From an uncultured Ventosimonas sp. (GTDB lineage Bacteria > Pseudomonadota > Gammaproteobacteria > Pseudomonadales > Pseudomonadaceae), in assembly GCA_964395065.1 (NCBI GenBank), contig CAYNAM010000001.1, forward strand, positions 1 to 51,807: DNA of 51,807 nucleotides, written 5' to 3'. Below the pieces are notes generated by a model that ran no database searches, was not told the origin of the DNA, and saw only the letters and a list, made by a program, of their open reading frames with translations. This document shows positions 40,749 through 51,807 of this stretch, in pieces. The translations under genes and the position numbers were made by a program. Position 1 is the first letter of the stretch, and every line of letters begins with the position of its first letter.

Positions 40749-42587
40749 TCATGAAAGTTTCAATATAATTTGTACTGCTTGAGTGAAGTCAGTCAACGCC
40801 TGATTTAAATTGAGTGCTTGATTTTGATTATCACGACCAGACATAATAACTTTCAAAGATCTCAATAACTTAATAGCCCCATCTACTTGTGGACTATTAG
40901 CATGAAAAGCCTCTACGAGCTCCACAATAGCCTGATTATTTAAATTAATGTACAACTTCACCATCGACGTTTTTTTAATTTGTGATGTAAATTGACGAGC
41001 TAAACGCAACGCGGCTTGAGATATTTTCTTATCCGCCTCATCCTCTTCTAAACGTTGTTTAAGTTCAGCTTCGCGGTCAATAACAACGACAAAAGGAAGC
41101 TCTACCGGCATAAACCTCGCAATAACGATCTCTTCGCTGTCCGCTAATGCATTAGTCAACCACTCAACATCATTAGCGGGCAAATCGACAAGAGAAAATA
41201 AGTGCTGATTCCCTTTCTCTGTTCCTAACTCAATGAGCCTATATTTTTTTGCTTGTGTATAACGGCGTAAAAATGGAACAACCGCATACCGATCACCTAA
41301 TGCAACAGGAACCTGTAGCGCTCGGAATAGCGTATCTTCAAAACCGCCATGACTGCCTAACATAACATGAATAGCATGATTGGATACCAATGCCTGTGCC
41401 GTTAAATCCCCCTGAGAAGTTGGAATCTTAATCGTATCCATCAGTAATTGGAATAAACGCTCATCGCATAATGAAGCACCTAATAAGGCTTCATTATGGC
41501 GCTTTAAGATTCGCCGCCAAACTTCAGGTTGTTTAGTCGCAACGGTAGCTAAACCATTAATTAATGACTCATTGAGTGCATGCTGAACAGCATAATAACT
41601 AGCATCTTTTTGTAAGTTCTCTCGACTTGCCGTCGGCACTAAACGATTGGACTCAATCACTCCACCAATAAAACCCGCCCATGAAGGTAACAAATCACGA
41701 GCATCATCATCTAACAGCATTCCACGTAAAAAAACAGATAAATTTCTATTATCACTCGTACCATAAGTTGCGCCATCCTGAACCCAAAGCATACCAATAA
41801 CATCTGCTTGCCCATCAGGGATCACAGGAAAGGTACAAATAGGTTCAAAATTTCGTTCAAATCTCGTAGCAAACGTTAAACATTTACGTTGCTCTTGCAG
41901 TGGATGAGTAACTATATCTTCGCTCTTTTTACGCCAAGGCGGCGGCTCTGGATTAATAGCATCGTTCGCATCATTGATATAAATAGGCTCATTTAGCAAT
42001 ATACAGTAACGGCCCAAAATTTGGTTGAGCGACTCTTGAGTACTAAGAAAAAGAAACTCATCCTTTAAATCTAAAATAATTTCCGTACCCACAACATGCC
42101 TTGGCTCAGTAGCAGTTACCGTATACTGCTCCGCATTTACTGAGCGATAACACCACGTCTGCTCAATAGATTGATAAGATGTTGTAATAAGCGTTACGTG
42201 TTTAGCCAACACGAAAGCAGATAAAAAACCTAAACCGAACATCCCTATTAAGCCTGTTTCATCATCCTGCTGACGAAGCTGTCTTGTATACCCAACACCA
42301 ACAGTGGCTAAAAAAGTATGTATCTCATACTCTGTCAAACCTGCGCCTGTATCAATGATTCTAACTTGCCTATTCTGCCGATCACCAATCACCGTAATCC
42401 GGCCTTTATCCAACCAACTAGGTTGTTCAATACGGCGACGCACAATAGAATCATGTGCATTTTGCACAAGCTCTCTTAAAGCAACCATGGGTGTTGAATA
42501 AAGATGTTTACTTAATACTTGCATCAACCCATTAAGATCAACACCTGCTACACAAACTTTTGATTCTATCGTAGTGATTTTACTCAT
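40749..42587 (-). CDS. divergent Hsp90/HtpG-family ATPase
   Basis: LYS..LRELVQNAHD, DTGAG, IGMFGLGFLSAF, GTEI, middle-domain PTASRENLQ and LYINLNN. Confidence 0.88.
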   Translation of the reverse strand: MSKITTIESKVCVAGVDLNGLMQVLSKHLYSTPMVALRELVQNAHDSIVRRRIEQPSWLDKGRITVIGDRQNRQVRIIDTGAGLTEYEIHTFLATVGVGYTRQLRQQDDETGLIGMFGLGFLSAFVLAKHVTLITTSYQSIEQTWCYRSVNAEQYTVTATEPRHVVGTEIILDLKDEFLFLSTQESLNQILGRYCILLNEPIYINDANDAINPEPPPWRKKSEDIVTHPLQEQRKCLTFATRFERNFEPICTFPVIPDGQADVIGMLWVQDGATYGTSDNRNLSVFLRGMLLDDDARDLLPSWAGFIGGVIESNRLVPTASRENLQKDASYYAVQHALNESLINGLATVATKQPEVWRRILKRHNEALLGASLCDERLFQLLMDTIKIPTSQGDLTAQALVSNHAIHVMLGSHGGFEDTLFRALQVPVALGDRYAVVPFLRRYTQAKKYRLIELGTEKGNQHLFSLVDLPANDVEWLTNALADSEEIVIARFMPVELPFVVVIDREAELKQRLEEDEADKKISQAALRLARQFTSQIKKTSMVKLYINLNNQAIVELVEAFHANSPQVDGAIKLLRSLKVIMSGRDNQNQALNLNQALTDFTQAVQIILKLS

Positions 42588-42596
42588 CGTAATCTA

Positions 42597-43910
42597 CTAA
42601 CCTTTTTTGCTAACGTCTGATTTAGACACAACACTTAAACCTTTTAATAATGAAATCGCTTGGTTTAATTGATAATCTTTAATTTGTAAACTATCAGCGT
42701 CATTAGTATTCGAGGTCATACCTTTTCTAGCATTATTAAGGTGATTCTGTAAATCAGCTTCCCTTACCTCAAAGCTAGGTTTAGCCTGTGACACGGTAGC
42801 TTGTGAAACGACAATATCAGGCTCAATACCTAACGCTTGTATTGAGCGACCATTGGGTGTGTAGTAGAGTGCAGTCGTCAGCTTCAACGCTTCTTTTTTA
42901 TTAACTGGTAATATTGTTTGTACAGACCCTTTGCCAAAACTTCGAGTTCCCATAATCACCGCACGATTTAAATCTTGCAATGCACCAGCGACTATTTCAG
43001 AGGCAGAGGCACTGCCGTTATTCACCAATACAACCAACGGAACTCCATTGCTAGGATCACCAATATTGGTATAAAAATGTAATTCAGAATTAGGAAGTCG
43101 CCCTTTGGTGTAAACAACAAGCCCTTTATCGACAAACTGATCAACCGTATCAATAGCAGCTTGTAATACACCACCAGGATTATCTCTTAAATCCAATACA
43201 ACGCCTTTTAAAGGCCCTTTATTTTGTTTAACTAGTTGTGATAATGCCTTATTAACTTCTTTCCCTGTGTTAGTTTGAAACTGAGAGATTCTGATATAAC
43301 CATAGCCTTTTTCTACCAACTGGGCTTTGACACTCTTCATTTGTATTTTGGCGCGTGTTAGCGTTACAACAAAAGGCTTTTTTGTTCCCCGAACAAGCGT
43401 CAATTTGATTTTTTCACCTACTTTACCTTGCATACTGATGGATGCGTCATTCAATGACATATCTTTTGTAGGGGTATCGTTAATTTTGACAATAAGATCT
43501 CCCGACTGTATACCTGCTTCAGCCGCCGGAGAATCATCAATGGGAGCAACTATTTTAATAAAGCCATCACTTTGCTCTATTTCTATTCCCAACCCGCCAA
43601 ACTGGCCTGTCGCCATTTCCTCTAAATTATTGTACATCTTATTATCTAAATAAGCCGAATGGGGGTCTAAATTACTCACCATACCCTTGATGGCATTATT
43701 CATTAATGTTTTATCATCTATTGGCTCAACATAGGCCGATTTAATTCGCTCAAATACCTCGACAAACGTTCGTAACTCATCAAGTGGCAACGTTGCCATT
43801 TGGTCACTATTTTTCGAATCCATCACCGCTTGAGCAAGCACTGCTTGGCCTGAAAATGAACATAATATAGAACAGAATATCAAAGATATAATACGTTGTT
43901 TTATTAGCAT
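42597..43910 (-). CDS. ctpA: carboxyl-terminal processing protease (S41)
   Basis: LDPHSAY, PDZ domain, DLRDNPGG, SASASEIVAGALQD and GKGSVQ. Start reassigned to 43910. Confidence 0.95.
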   Translation of the reverse strand: MLIKQRIISLIFCSILCSFSGQAVLAQAVMDSKNSDQMATLPLDELRTFVEVFERIKSAYVEPIDDKTLMNNAIKGMVSNLDPHSAYLDNKMYNNLEEMATGQFGGLGIEIEQSDGFIKIVAPIDDSPAAEAGIQSGDLIVKINDTPTKDMSLNDASISMQGKVGEKIKLTLVRGTKKPFVVTLTRAKIQMKSVKAQLVEKGYGYIRISQFQTNTGKEVNKALSQLVKQNKGPLKGVVLDLRDNPGGVLQAAIDTVDQFVDKGLVVYTKGRLPNSELHFYTNIGDPSNGVPLVVLVNNGSASASEIVAGALQDLNRAVIMGTRSFGKGSVQTILPVNKKEALKLTTALYYTPNGRSIQALGIEPDIVVSQATVSQAKPSFEVREADLQNHLNNARKGMTSNTNDADSLQIKDYQLNQAISLLKGLSVVSKSDVSKKG

Positions 43911-43939
43911 ACCTATTCCAAAATAAAATCTATACGCGA

Positions 43940-45154
43940 TCAGCGACACCATAAGGTAGGGTCAACTGTTTGGCCCTGCTTTCTAATAGAGAAATACAAA
44001 GCGACCTCATTACTACCACCGCTGTTACCAGCCGTTGCTATACTTTCACCCGCTTTCACTGTAGTGCCAACTTTTTTTAATAACGATTGATTGTGCCCAT
44101 AGAGACTGTAATAACCTTGACCATGGTCGATGATAATTAACCAACCCGTACCTCTAAGCCAATCAGAATATACAATGCGTCCTTCATGAATAGCTTTTAC
44201 TGTCGCCCCTCGGTTAGCGGCAATTAATACACCATCCCATTTGCTACGTTCATCGCCCCCACGCGTTGAGCCATAGCTAGCAATAATCTTACCACTCAAA
44301 GGCCATGATAATTTACCTTTGGCCTTTGCAAAACTACCTGTATATCCAAGATTATTAGCAACAACAACCCCATTTTGATTTTTATTAGCGTTAGCAGTGG
44401 ATGGTAATTGTGTTAACGATCGCTCTCTGGCCTGTCTTTCTAATGTAGAATCGATCGCCCTTAACAGTTTATTTAACTCTACCTGATCTTTTTCTCGTTG
44501 AGCTAAACGATTACCTTTATCGGTAATTTGCTTATTAAGACTGGCCAAAACAAGACGGTATTTTTTTCGAAGTGCTGCTAACTGGTTGTGTTGCGTTTGT
44601 AGCTCTTCATTTTGAGAGTCTAATTGAGCACGATACTGTTGCATTTCAATTTCAATATCTTTTAACTGTTTAATCGTCTCTTTAAACTCGCTTAGCTGTA
44701 TTAGTCGTGCTTGGCTTAAATAATCATAATAAACCAACATTCTGGATACCTTTTCAGGCTCTTGCTGGTTTAATAATAACTTTAAATACTCTTGTTGCCC
44801 ACCTTCATAGGCTGCCTTTGCTTGAGTAGCAAAAATTTGCTCTTGCTCTGTGCGCTTTAATTCTGTTTTTTGTTGCTCTTCAGTTAACCAAGCTAATTTT
44901 GATACTGTTTCAGCCTGTTCTTTTTTTAATGTTGCTATTTTTTTTTCAAGATTAGCAATCTCTGTTTCTGTCTTACGTAGCTCTTTTTGTGAGGCGCCAC
45001 GTTGTACTTTTAACTGAGACAATACTTTTTCTAGCTCAACAACCTCTTGCTTCGCCATTTCTATTTGATGCAACGTATCGCGCCGCTCGTCTGCGATAAC
45101 TAGCGGAGAAGCAATAAAAACAGAAAAAAGAAGTAGCCCAAAAAAACGTTGCAT
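43940..45154 (-). CDS. envC: murein hydrolase activator EnvC
   Basis: Coiled coil plus degenerate M23 domain (WDGVLI, SLYGHN, LYFSIR); lies between gpmI and ctpA. Confidence 0.93.
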   Translation of the reverse strand: MQRFFGLLLFSVFIASPLVIADERRDTLHQIEMAKQEVVELEKVLSQLKVQRGASQKELRKTETEIANLEKKIATLKKEQAETVSKLAWLTEEQQKTELKRTEQEQIFATQAKAAYEGGQQEYLKLLLNQQEPEKVSRMLVYYDYLSQARLIQLSEFKETIKQLKDIEIEMQQYRAQLDSQNEELQTQHNQLAALRKKYRLVLASLNKQITDKGNRLAQREKDQVELNKLLRAIDSTLERQARERSLTQLPSTANANKNQNGVVVANNLGYTGSFAKAKGKLSWPLSGKIIASYGSTRGGDERSKWDGVLIAANRGATVKAIHEGRIVYSDWLRGTGWLIIIDHGQGYYSLYGHNQSLLKKVGTTVKAGESIATAGNSGGSNEVALYFSIRKQGQTVDPTLWCR

Positions 45155-45258
45155 ATTAATGAAAGATAGCCTCAAAAAAAGAATATTTTAACAGTTAGTA
45201 TAAAGCGACTAAAGTAGACGCACACAATAAAAAATGCTTTAGCCGCTCTTTAATTTAA

Positions 45259-46794
45259 CTACTCAAAAACAACGAGACTCTTACCAGACATTTCTTCAGG
45301 TATCGTCATTCCTAACAAATTAAGCATGGTGGGTGCCACATCGGCTAATACACCATTTTGTCTAATATGTAGCTTACGATCGCCGACATAAATAAAAGGA
45401 ACAAGTTCACACGTATGAGCTGTATGAGCTTGTCCTGTCTTATCGTCCTGCATTTTTTCAACATTACCATGGTCTGCTGTAATCAATGCCTCGCCACCGA
45501 CATCTTTCAATGCATTGATGATACGCCCTAAGCAATGATCTAAGGTTTCTACTGCTTTTACCGCAGCGCTAAATACGCCTGTATGCCCCACCATGTCACC
45601 ATTGGCATAATTAACCACAATGACATCATATCGTTTTTGCTCTATTGCTTCTACGATTTTATCCGTCACTTCATGAGCACTCATTTCTGGTTTTAAGTCA
45701 TAGGTTGGGACTTTAGGTGAAGGGATTAAAATACGATCCTCCCCGTCATAAGGCTCTTCACGACCACCTGAGAAAAAGAAAGTAACATGAGCATACTTTT
45801 CTGTTTCTGCTATACGTAGCTGTTTTTTACCTTGTTTAGCCAAATACTCACCCAAGCCATTCTTCAAACTACTTGGTGGGAAAGCACAGCTGGTTTCAAT
45901 CGTTGCTGCATACTGCGTCAACATCACAAAACCTGCCAAGTCAGGAACGCGTGATCTTACAAAGCCATTAAAATCTTTCTCAACAAAAGCACGTGTTAAC
46001 TGACGCGCACGATCCGCTCGAAAATTCATAAAGATAACGGCATCGCCATCCTCAACAGGTGCTATATCACCGATACGGGTTGCTTTTACAAACTCATCAC
46101 TCTCTCCACGCTCATACGCAGCTTGTAGAGCTGATACTGCATCTTCAGCAATATAATCTGCCTTATGATCAACAATTAAATCATAAGCAGCTTGTACACG
46201 CTCCCAACGGTTATCCCTGTCCATCGCATAATAGCGGCCAATCATAGTCGCAATACGTCCTTTTCCTAACTTGGCTAAACAATCATTTAACTTAATAATA
46301 GAGCTCTCAGCACTTTTAGGGGGTGTATCACGACCATCTAAAAAAGCATGCACGTAGATATGTTCAGCACCTTGCTTAGCCGCCATTTCAACCATTTTTA
46401 AAATATGGTCTTCATGGCTATGCACTCCACCCGCAGAAAGCAAGCCCATGATATGAATGGCTTTATGTTTGGTTATCGCTTGGTCTATCACATGGCACAA
46501 CACCGTATTCTTAAAAAACTCACCGGTTTCAATAGCTTTGGTGATGCGTGTTAAATCTTGATAAACGACACGCCCAGCACCAAGATTCATATGCCCGACT
46601 TCTGAATTACCCATCTGCCCATCAGGCAACCCCACATCTAAACCAGAACCAGAAATAAGCCCATGAGGCATAGTCGCTAATAAATTATTATAATTAGGCG
46701 TATTTGCTGCCAGAATAGCGTTATATTTAGTCTCTTCTCGATGACCAAATCCATCAAGAATAACTAAAACTAAAGGCGTTGTAGACTTAGACAT
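45259..46794 (-). CDS. gpmI: 2,3-bisphosphoglycerate-independent phosphoglycerate mutase
   Basis: [26 protein letters not shown] and DMVGHTG motifs. Confidence 0.99.
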   Translation of the reverse strand: MSKSTTPLVLVILDGFGHREETKYNAILAANTPNYNNLLATMPHGLISGSGLDVGLPDGQMGNSEVGHMNLGAGRVVYQDLTRITKAIETGEFFKNTVLCHVIDQAITKHKAIHIMGLLSAGGVHSHEDHILKMVEMAAKQGAEHIYVHAFLDGRDTPPKSAESSIIKLNDCLAKLGKGRIATMIGRYYAMDRDNRWERVQAAYDLIVDHKADYIAEDAVSALQAAYERGESDEFVKATRIGDIAPVEDGDAVIFMNFRADRARQLTRAFVEKDFNGFVRSRVPDLAGFVMLTQYAATIETSCAFPPSSLKNGLGEYLAKQGKKQLRIAETEKYAHVTFFFSGGREEPYDGEDRILIPSPKVPTYDLKPEMSAHEVTDKIVEAIEQKRYDVIVVNYANGDMVGHTGVFSAAVKAVETLDHCLGRIINALKDVGGEALITADHGNVEKMQDDKTGQAHTAHTCELVPFIYVGDRKLHIRQNGVLADVAPTMLNLLGMTIPEEMSGKSLVVFE

Positions 46795-46992
46795 AAATAG
46801 ATTCTCTAATTAACATCATTAAAAGAACCATAGTTTAACTCAAGATCATGGCAAATGGTGCATAATACTTGATAGATGTTATAAATTCTTATAATAAATA
46901 AACACTATTAACACAGCTTAATAATTTTTATTTGCACTTATCTAAAAATAGTGATTAAGTAATATTTTATGGTAAAAAAGAGATAAACAATA

Positions 46993-47589
46993 ATGTCTGC
47001 AACAGATAAACAAAAACTATTACAGTTTCTAACAACAAGACGCTCAACACCAACCCCTAATATTACGTCACCTGGCCCAACCCCCGAAGAACTAACGAAC
47101 ATTCTAACTATTGGTTTAAGAACACCCGATCATGGAAAAATGGAGCCTTGGCGCTTAATGGTTGTTGAGGGCGAAGCAAAAAAGGACCTCGCAGAAAAAC
47201 TAGCAAAAAACTTTGCCATTGAAAAACATACCCTCACCCCTAAACAGCAAGAAAAACTTAATCAAATTATTACCAAAACAATTGTTGATGCCCCCATCAT
47301 TGTTTATGTCATCAGTACCATTGATAAACAATCGCATATTCCAGCCAATGAGCAACTTTTATCCGCTGGCGCTGTATGCATGAATATCCTTTGGGCAGTC
47401 AATGCTTATGGCTACGCTGCTAATTGGATTACGGGTTGGCTTGCTTACAGCGAACAAACTAAACAAACAGTTGGAATCAAAGATAATGAAGAGGTTGCCG
47501 GTGTTATCTTTATAGGATCGGCCACAGAACCTTGTGAAGACCGCAAACGTCCTGACTTAAAAGAAAAAGTCAGCTTTTGGTCGGCCTAA
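46993..47589 (+). CDS. nitroreductase (YdjA-like)
   Basis: RRS, PDHGKMEPWR, EQLLSAGA and WITG motifs. Confidence 0.9.
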   Translation: MSATDKQKLLQFLTTRRSTPTPNITSPGPTPEELTNILTIGLRTPDHGKMEPWRLMVVEGEAKKDLAEKLAKNFAIEKHTLTPKQQEKLNQIITKTIVDAPIIVYVISTIDKQSHIPANEQLLSAGAVCMNILWAVNAYGYAANWITGWLAYSEQTKQTVGIKDNEEVAGVIFIGSATEPCEDRKRPDLKEKVSFWSA

Positions 47590-47680
47590 GGAATAATTAC
47601 TTTTAAATACAGCACTGCCCTTGAAATGCGCTATACTATAGCCAGATACCAATGACTATTAATGATAAATATATTTTATT

Positions 47681-48157
47681 ATGGCTAAAAAAAAGAAACT
47701 TTCTCCGGGCAATATTGCTCAAAATAAAAAGGCTTTTCATGATTATTTTATCGAAGAGCGCTTTGAGGCAGGGCTTTCCTTAACAGGTTGGGAAGTTAAA
47801 AGCCTTAGGGCAGGAAAAGCCCAACTAACGGACAGCTATATATTGTTAAAAGATGGTGAAGCATGGCTTTTAGGTTGTCATATTTTACCTTTACAAACAA
47901 TTAGTACGCACGTTGTGGCTGATCCTGATCGGACACGTAAACTTTTACTGCATAAAAGAGAGCTTAGTAAACTATTTGGCTCTGTGCAACAAAAAGGTTA
48001 CACCTGTATTGCATTATCGCTCTATTGGAAAAAACATCTTGTTAAATGTGAAATCGCACTCGTTAAAGGTAAAAAAGACTTTGACAAGCGCCATACAGAA
48101 AAAGAGAAAGATGCTAATAGGGAAATACAACGAGCTTTTCGCAAAGAACAACGTTAA
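47681..48157 (+). CDS. smpB: SsrA-binding protein
   Basis: [24 protein letters not shown] and GKKDFDKR motifs. Confidence 0.98.
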   Translation: MAKKKKLSPGNIAQNKKAFHDYFIEERFEAGLSLTGWEVKSLRAGKAQLTDSYILLKDGEAWLLGCHILPLQTISTHVVADPDRTRKLLLHKRELSKLFGSVQQKGYTCIALSLYWKKHLVKCEIALVKGKKDFDKRHTEKEKDANREIQRAFRKEQR

Positions 48158-48189
48158 ATAAGCGCTAAAAAAATAGTAGGAGATCATTC

Positions 48190-49383
48190 ATGTTTGAACA
48201 AGTAGATGCTTATGCTGGTGACCCTATTTTCTCCTTAGTGGAACAGTTTCGTCATGACACTAAAAAAGAAAAAGTTAATCTCAGTATAGGCTTATATTAT
48301 AATGAACAAGGGCAAGTTCCACAGCTTCCATCCGTTAAGCAAGCACTCGCAGCCATACAACCCAACGAACTAAAAGAGCCAACGCTTTATTTACCAATGG
48401 AAGGTTTAGCTGAATACCGCTCTGCTGTTTTACCACTATTATTTGGCGCGGATCACCCTTGTCTAAAAGAAAATCGAGTTTCTATCATTCAAACATTAGG
48501 CGGGTCAGGTGCGTTAAAAATTGGGGCTGACTTTTTAAAAAGATACTACCCTAGTGCGACCGTATGGGTAAGTGACCCCACGTGGGAAAATCATAAAGCT
48601 ATTTTTGGTGGTGCTGGTTTTAACGTAAAAACTTATAGTTACTTTAATGACCAAACATTAAGCGTTGACTTTGAGAGAATGCTTAATCAACTTAAGCAGG
48701 CGTCTCCTCTTGATATTATTCTATTACACCCGTGTTGTCACAACCCCACGGGAGCCGACCTAACAAACCAGCAGTGGGATACGTTGATTCCTGTACTGCA
48801 AGAACGCCAATTAATCCCATTCTTAGATATCGCTTACCAAGGATTTGCAGAAGGGTTAAACGAAGATGCCTATGCTATTCGTGCAATGGCTAAAGCGGGG
48901 TTATCTTTATTTGTTTCCAACTCATTTTCCAAAATATTTTCACTCTACGGTGATCGTATTGGTGCCCTTAGTGTTGTTTGTAAAAACCAAGAAACAGCAG
49001 AACGAGTACTGGGTCAATTAAAAGCAACGGTTCGTCGTAACTACTCAAGCCCTCCTGAACCAGGGGCGGCCATCGTTGCTCACGTTCTAAATAATAAACA
49101 GCTCACAGACACATGGCTATTAGATTTACAACAAATGCGTTTACGCATCCTAACAATGCGTCATTTACTGGTTGAAAAGCTACAAGCACTCAACATTACC
49201 AGTACAAGTCACTACCTCCAACAAAGAGGTATGTTTAGCTATACTGGCTTCTCTAAAGAACAGGCAATGGCTTTGCGTAAAGACTTTGGCGTCTATATTC
49301 TTGACAGTGGGCGTATGTGTGTCTCTGGTTTAACAGAAAATAATGTCGGCTACGTTGCTAAAGCTTTTGCGAGCGTTAGCTAG
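48190..49383 (+). CDS. tyrB: aromatic amino acid aminotransferase
   Basis: [34 protein letters not shown] and VRRNYS motifs. Confidence 0.92.
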   Translation: MFEQVDAYAGDPIFSLVEQFRHDTKKEKVNLSIGLYYNEQGQVPQLPSVKQALAAIQPNELKEPTLYLPMEGLAEYRSAVLPLLFGADHPCLKENRVSIIQTLGGSGALKIGADFLKRYYPSATVWVSDPTWENHKAIFGGAGFNVKTYSYFNDQTLSVDFERMLNQLKQASPLDIILLHPCCHNPTGADLTNQQWDTLIPVLQERQLIPFLDIAYQGFAEGLNEDAYAIRAMAKAGLSLFVSNSFSKIFSLYGDRIGALSVVCKNQETAERVLGQLKATVRRNYSSPPEPGAAIVAHVLNNKQLTDTWLLDLQQMRLRILTMRHLLVEKLQALNITSTSHYLQQRGMFSYTGFSKEQAMALRKDFGVYILDSGRMCVSGLTENNVGYVAKAFASVS

Positions 49384-49398
49384 TAATACCATTCAAAG

Positions 49399-49428
49399 AA
49401 AAAGCCCTCTTTTAAAGAGGGCTTTTTT
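49399..49428. terminator. bidirectional terminator
   Basis: AAAAAGCCCTCT-TTTAA-AGAGGGCTTTTTT. Confidence 0.9.
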
Positions 49429-49429
49429 A

Positions 49430-50929
49430 TTAACTTCTTTTAATTATTTTACTTTTTGTATCTATCGACTTTGGTGTTGTAATCGGTATATTTTTAGCAT
49501 TTGAAGACTCTTTGGTTGTTTCTTGCCAACCACCACCTAATGCTTTATAAAGACTCACCTCACTGGTCAACTGCGCTAAACGCACACTGATTAGGCTTTG
49601 TTGCGAGCTAAACAGTTGTCGTTGCGCATCCAATAGCGTCATATAGCTATCAATACCTGCCTGATAACGTTGATCTGCTAAGTCATAGTATACTTGGTTA
49701 GCCTCTACAAAATTACCTTGAGAAACAACTTGTTCTCTATAGGTTTCACGGCTGGCTAAACCATCAGCAACCTCTTTAAATGCTGTTTGAATTGTCTTCT
49801 CGTAAGTTGCTACATTAATATCTTTTTGTAGCGTCGCGTAATCTAAATTACCCTTTAAACGACCCGCTGTAAAAATAGGTAAATTAATAGTGGGTTGGAA
49901 TAACCAAGATCCTTGACCTGCACTAAACAAGTTAGAGAAACTTGGGCTCATCGTTCCCACATTGCTGGTTAATGAAATACTAGGGAAAAATGCTGCACGT
50001 GCTGCGCCAATGTTGGCATTGGCAGCCATTAACTGATGCTCCGCTGAAATAATATCTGGACGATTAGCCAATAGATCAGATGGTAAGCCCGCAGGAATTT
50101 CTTTTAAATACTGTAAATCAAAGTTACTCTCTTTTTTATTGGCAAACTCAGCTGGTAAATTTGTTCCCAATAAAAGTGCTAATAAATTTAAGTCTTGAGC
50201 GACTTGGCGCTTGTAGGTTGCTAAATTAACCTTTGCTCCCTCTACCGTCGTCCTTGCCTGTGCCAAGTCTAAACTCGAAGCAACCCCAACCTCATTACTA
50301 CGCTTTACAAGATCATAATTATATTGATAGTTTTGTAAGGTCTCTTCGGTTAACTTTAATAATGCTCTATCTGCTTGCAGAGTTAACCATGCATTAGCTA
50401 CACTCGCTATTAACGAAATCTGTGTATTGCGTTGAGCCTCCTGAGTTGATAAATACTGCTGCAATGCAGCTTCATTTAGGCTACGAATACGACCAAAGAA
50501 ATCAAGCTCATACGAAGTAACACCGAGTGTTACTCCCCATGAGCTATTAACTCTTGACCTACCTGTTGAGGAAACGTCTGCTGGCACATGCTGACGAGAC
50601 CCTGTTCCATTTGCGCCAAGGCTAGGGAATAGCTCTGAACGTTGGATACGATACTGAGCCTCATAAGCTGCAACATTGAGTGCCGCAACACGTAAATCTT
50701 TGTTATTAGTAATAGCCATTTCTATCAATGACTGTAGATCTTTATCTGCAAAAAAATCACGCCAACCTAAACTTACATATTGGCCTTGCTGCCCTTTAGG
50801 ATACGCCTCACCTGTAGGCCAAGTATTTTGTACAGGCAGGTCTGGCCGTTGATAATTAGGCATTAGCGTACAGCCTGTCAATGTAACCGTCATTATCATT
50901 ATTGATAAGAGTGATTTATTCATATTCAT
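49430..50929 (-). CDS. oprM: RND outer-membrane factor lipoprotein (OprM-like)
   Basis: Lipobox [30 protein letters not shown] and LYKALGGGW. Confidence 0.9.
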   Translation of the reverse strand: MNMNKSLLSIMIMTVTLTGCTLMPNYQRPDLPVQNTWPTGEAYPKGQQGQYVSLGWRDFFADKDLQSLIEMAITNNKDLRVAALNVAAYEAQYRIQRSELFPSLGANGTGSRQHVPADVSSTGRSRVNSSWGVTLGVTSYELDFFGRIRSLNEAALQQYLSTQEAQRNTQISLIASVANAWLTLQADRALLKLTEETLQNYQYNYDLVKRSNEVGVASSLDLAQARTTVEGAKVNLATYKRQVAQDLNLLALLLGTNLPAEFANKKESNFDLQYLKEIPAGLPSDLLANRPDIISAEHQLMAANANIGAARAAFFPSISLTSNVGTMSPSFSNLFSAGQGSWLFQPTINLPIFTAGRLKGNLDYATLQKDINVATYEKTIQTAFKEVADGLASRETYREQVVSQGNFVEANQVYYDLADQRYQAGIDSYMTLLDAQRQLFSSQQSLISVRLAQLTSEVSLYKALGGGWQETTKESSNAKNIPITTPKSIDTKSKIIKRS

Positions 50930-51807
50930 TAACCTTTCGTAGCCTCTTGTTCAGCTCGAGCCTGTTCTTTTTCTTTATGTGTTTTTATCTTAAATAACGA
51001 GCTAACAACTACATAAAATAAAGGAATCCAGAAAATAGCTAAAACAGTTGAAGACAACATACCTCCCACAACCCCAGTACCTATAGAGTGAGCACTACCC
51101 GCTCCAGCTCCACTTGCAAGAGATAAGGGAACAACACCTAAAATAAAAGCTAAAGAAGTCATAATAATTGGACGTATCCGCATACGACAAGCCTCTAAAG
51201 CTGAATCAACTAAACTTTTGCCTTCCTCATGGAAAGCTTGAGCAAACTCAATAATTAAAATAGCATTTTTAGAAACTAACCCTATCGTTGTTAACAAACC
51301 TACTTTAAAGAATACATCGTTGGTTAGCCCACGTAAATGGGTTGCAACTACAACACCTATAATTCCAAGCGGTGCGACTAAAATCACAGCAAAGGGAATA
51401 GCCCAACTCTCATAAAGCGCTGCCAAACAAAGGAAAACAACAATTGCAGACAATATAAAGAGAGCCATTTGTTGAGAACCGGCTAATTGCTCTTCATAAG
51501 ACAATCCTGTCCATGAAAAACCAAAGCCTTTCTGCGACAACTCACCAACTAATCGAGCCATCTCTTTCATAGCATCTCCAGAACTATAACCATTAGCAGG
51601 GTTACCGACAATTTCAACTGCAGGAACACCATTATAACGCTGTAGATTTGGAGATCCTATTATCCAATCGGATTTGATTAAATTATCTAAAGAAACCATT
51701 TCCCCTTTATTATTTCTGACATACCATTTTTTGAAATCTTCTGGCGTCATCCGTGCATCTGCCGCGGACTGCACATACACTTTCTTAACCCGTCCACGGT
51801 CAATGAA
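50929..51807 (-). CDS. mexB: RND efflux permease, C-terminal part (MexB/AcrB-like; starts beyond window)
   Basis: Frame stays open to the window edge ([13 protein letters not shown]); [14 protein letters not shown] and RIRPIIMTS motifs. Confidence 0.88.
   Translation of the reverse strand, partial: FIDRGRVKKVYVQSAADARMTPEDFKKWYVRNNKGEMVSLDNLIKSDWIIGSPNLQRYNGVPAVEIVGNPANGYSSGDAMKEMARLVGELSQKGFGFSWTGLSYEEQLAGSQQMALFILSAIVVFLCLAALYESWAIPFAVILVAPLGIIGVVVATHLRGLTNDVFFKVGLLTTIGLVSKNAILIIEFAQAFHEEGKSLVDSALEACRMRIRPIIMTSLAFILGVVPLSLASGAGAGSAHSIGTGVVGGMLSSTVLAIFWIPLFYVVVSSLFKIKTHKEKEQARAEQEATKG

Noticed and set aside
45204-45248. Imperfect hairpin between gpmI and envC
   Set aside because: Large loop and weak U tract; not enough to call a terminator or ncRNA.
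31344-48161. Remaining short overlapping ORFs in the track (e.g. 31344-31646, 33242-33478, 39533-39739, 43327-43653, 47913-48161)
   Set aside because: All lie within well-supported genes and show no independent evidence.
47590-48190. tmRNA (ssrA) next to smpB
   Set aside because: Flanking gaps are about 90 and 30 bp, too short, and no tRNA-like ends are visible.

Overview
AT-rich chromosomal window from a gammaproteobacterium. The housekeeping proteins look Pseudomonadaceae-like, and the low GC suggests an insect-gut lineage such as Entomomonas (inference, no search run). Core content: FMN riboswitch with partial ribB, cyoABCDE, engB, dsbA, ampDh2, yicC, hemF, aroE, argG, gloA, nth, gpmI-envC-ctpA, smpB, tyrB and an RND efflux pump (partial mexB-like gene plus oprM-like gene). 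Accessory content: (i) an lpxO-like gene beside a divergent PagP-like gene; (ii) pdxST with a MocR regulator; (iii) an orphan EcoKI-type HsdR after yicC, with eroded motor motifs and an amphipathic C-terminal tail; (iv) an exact 159-bp direct repeat, each copy holding a complete Fur-boxed PrrF-like sRNA gene, flanking a ClbS/DfsB-family gene; (v) a lower-half-only allantoin module (allD, fdrA-ylbE-ylbF-ybcF, MFS, allS) with a perfect FNR/ANR box; (vi) a divergent Hsp90 ATPase paired with a Cys-rich TPR protein. No CRISPR array, tRNA, rRNA, integrase or transposase was seen. All family calls come from motif recognition, not database searches.
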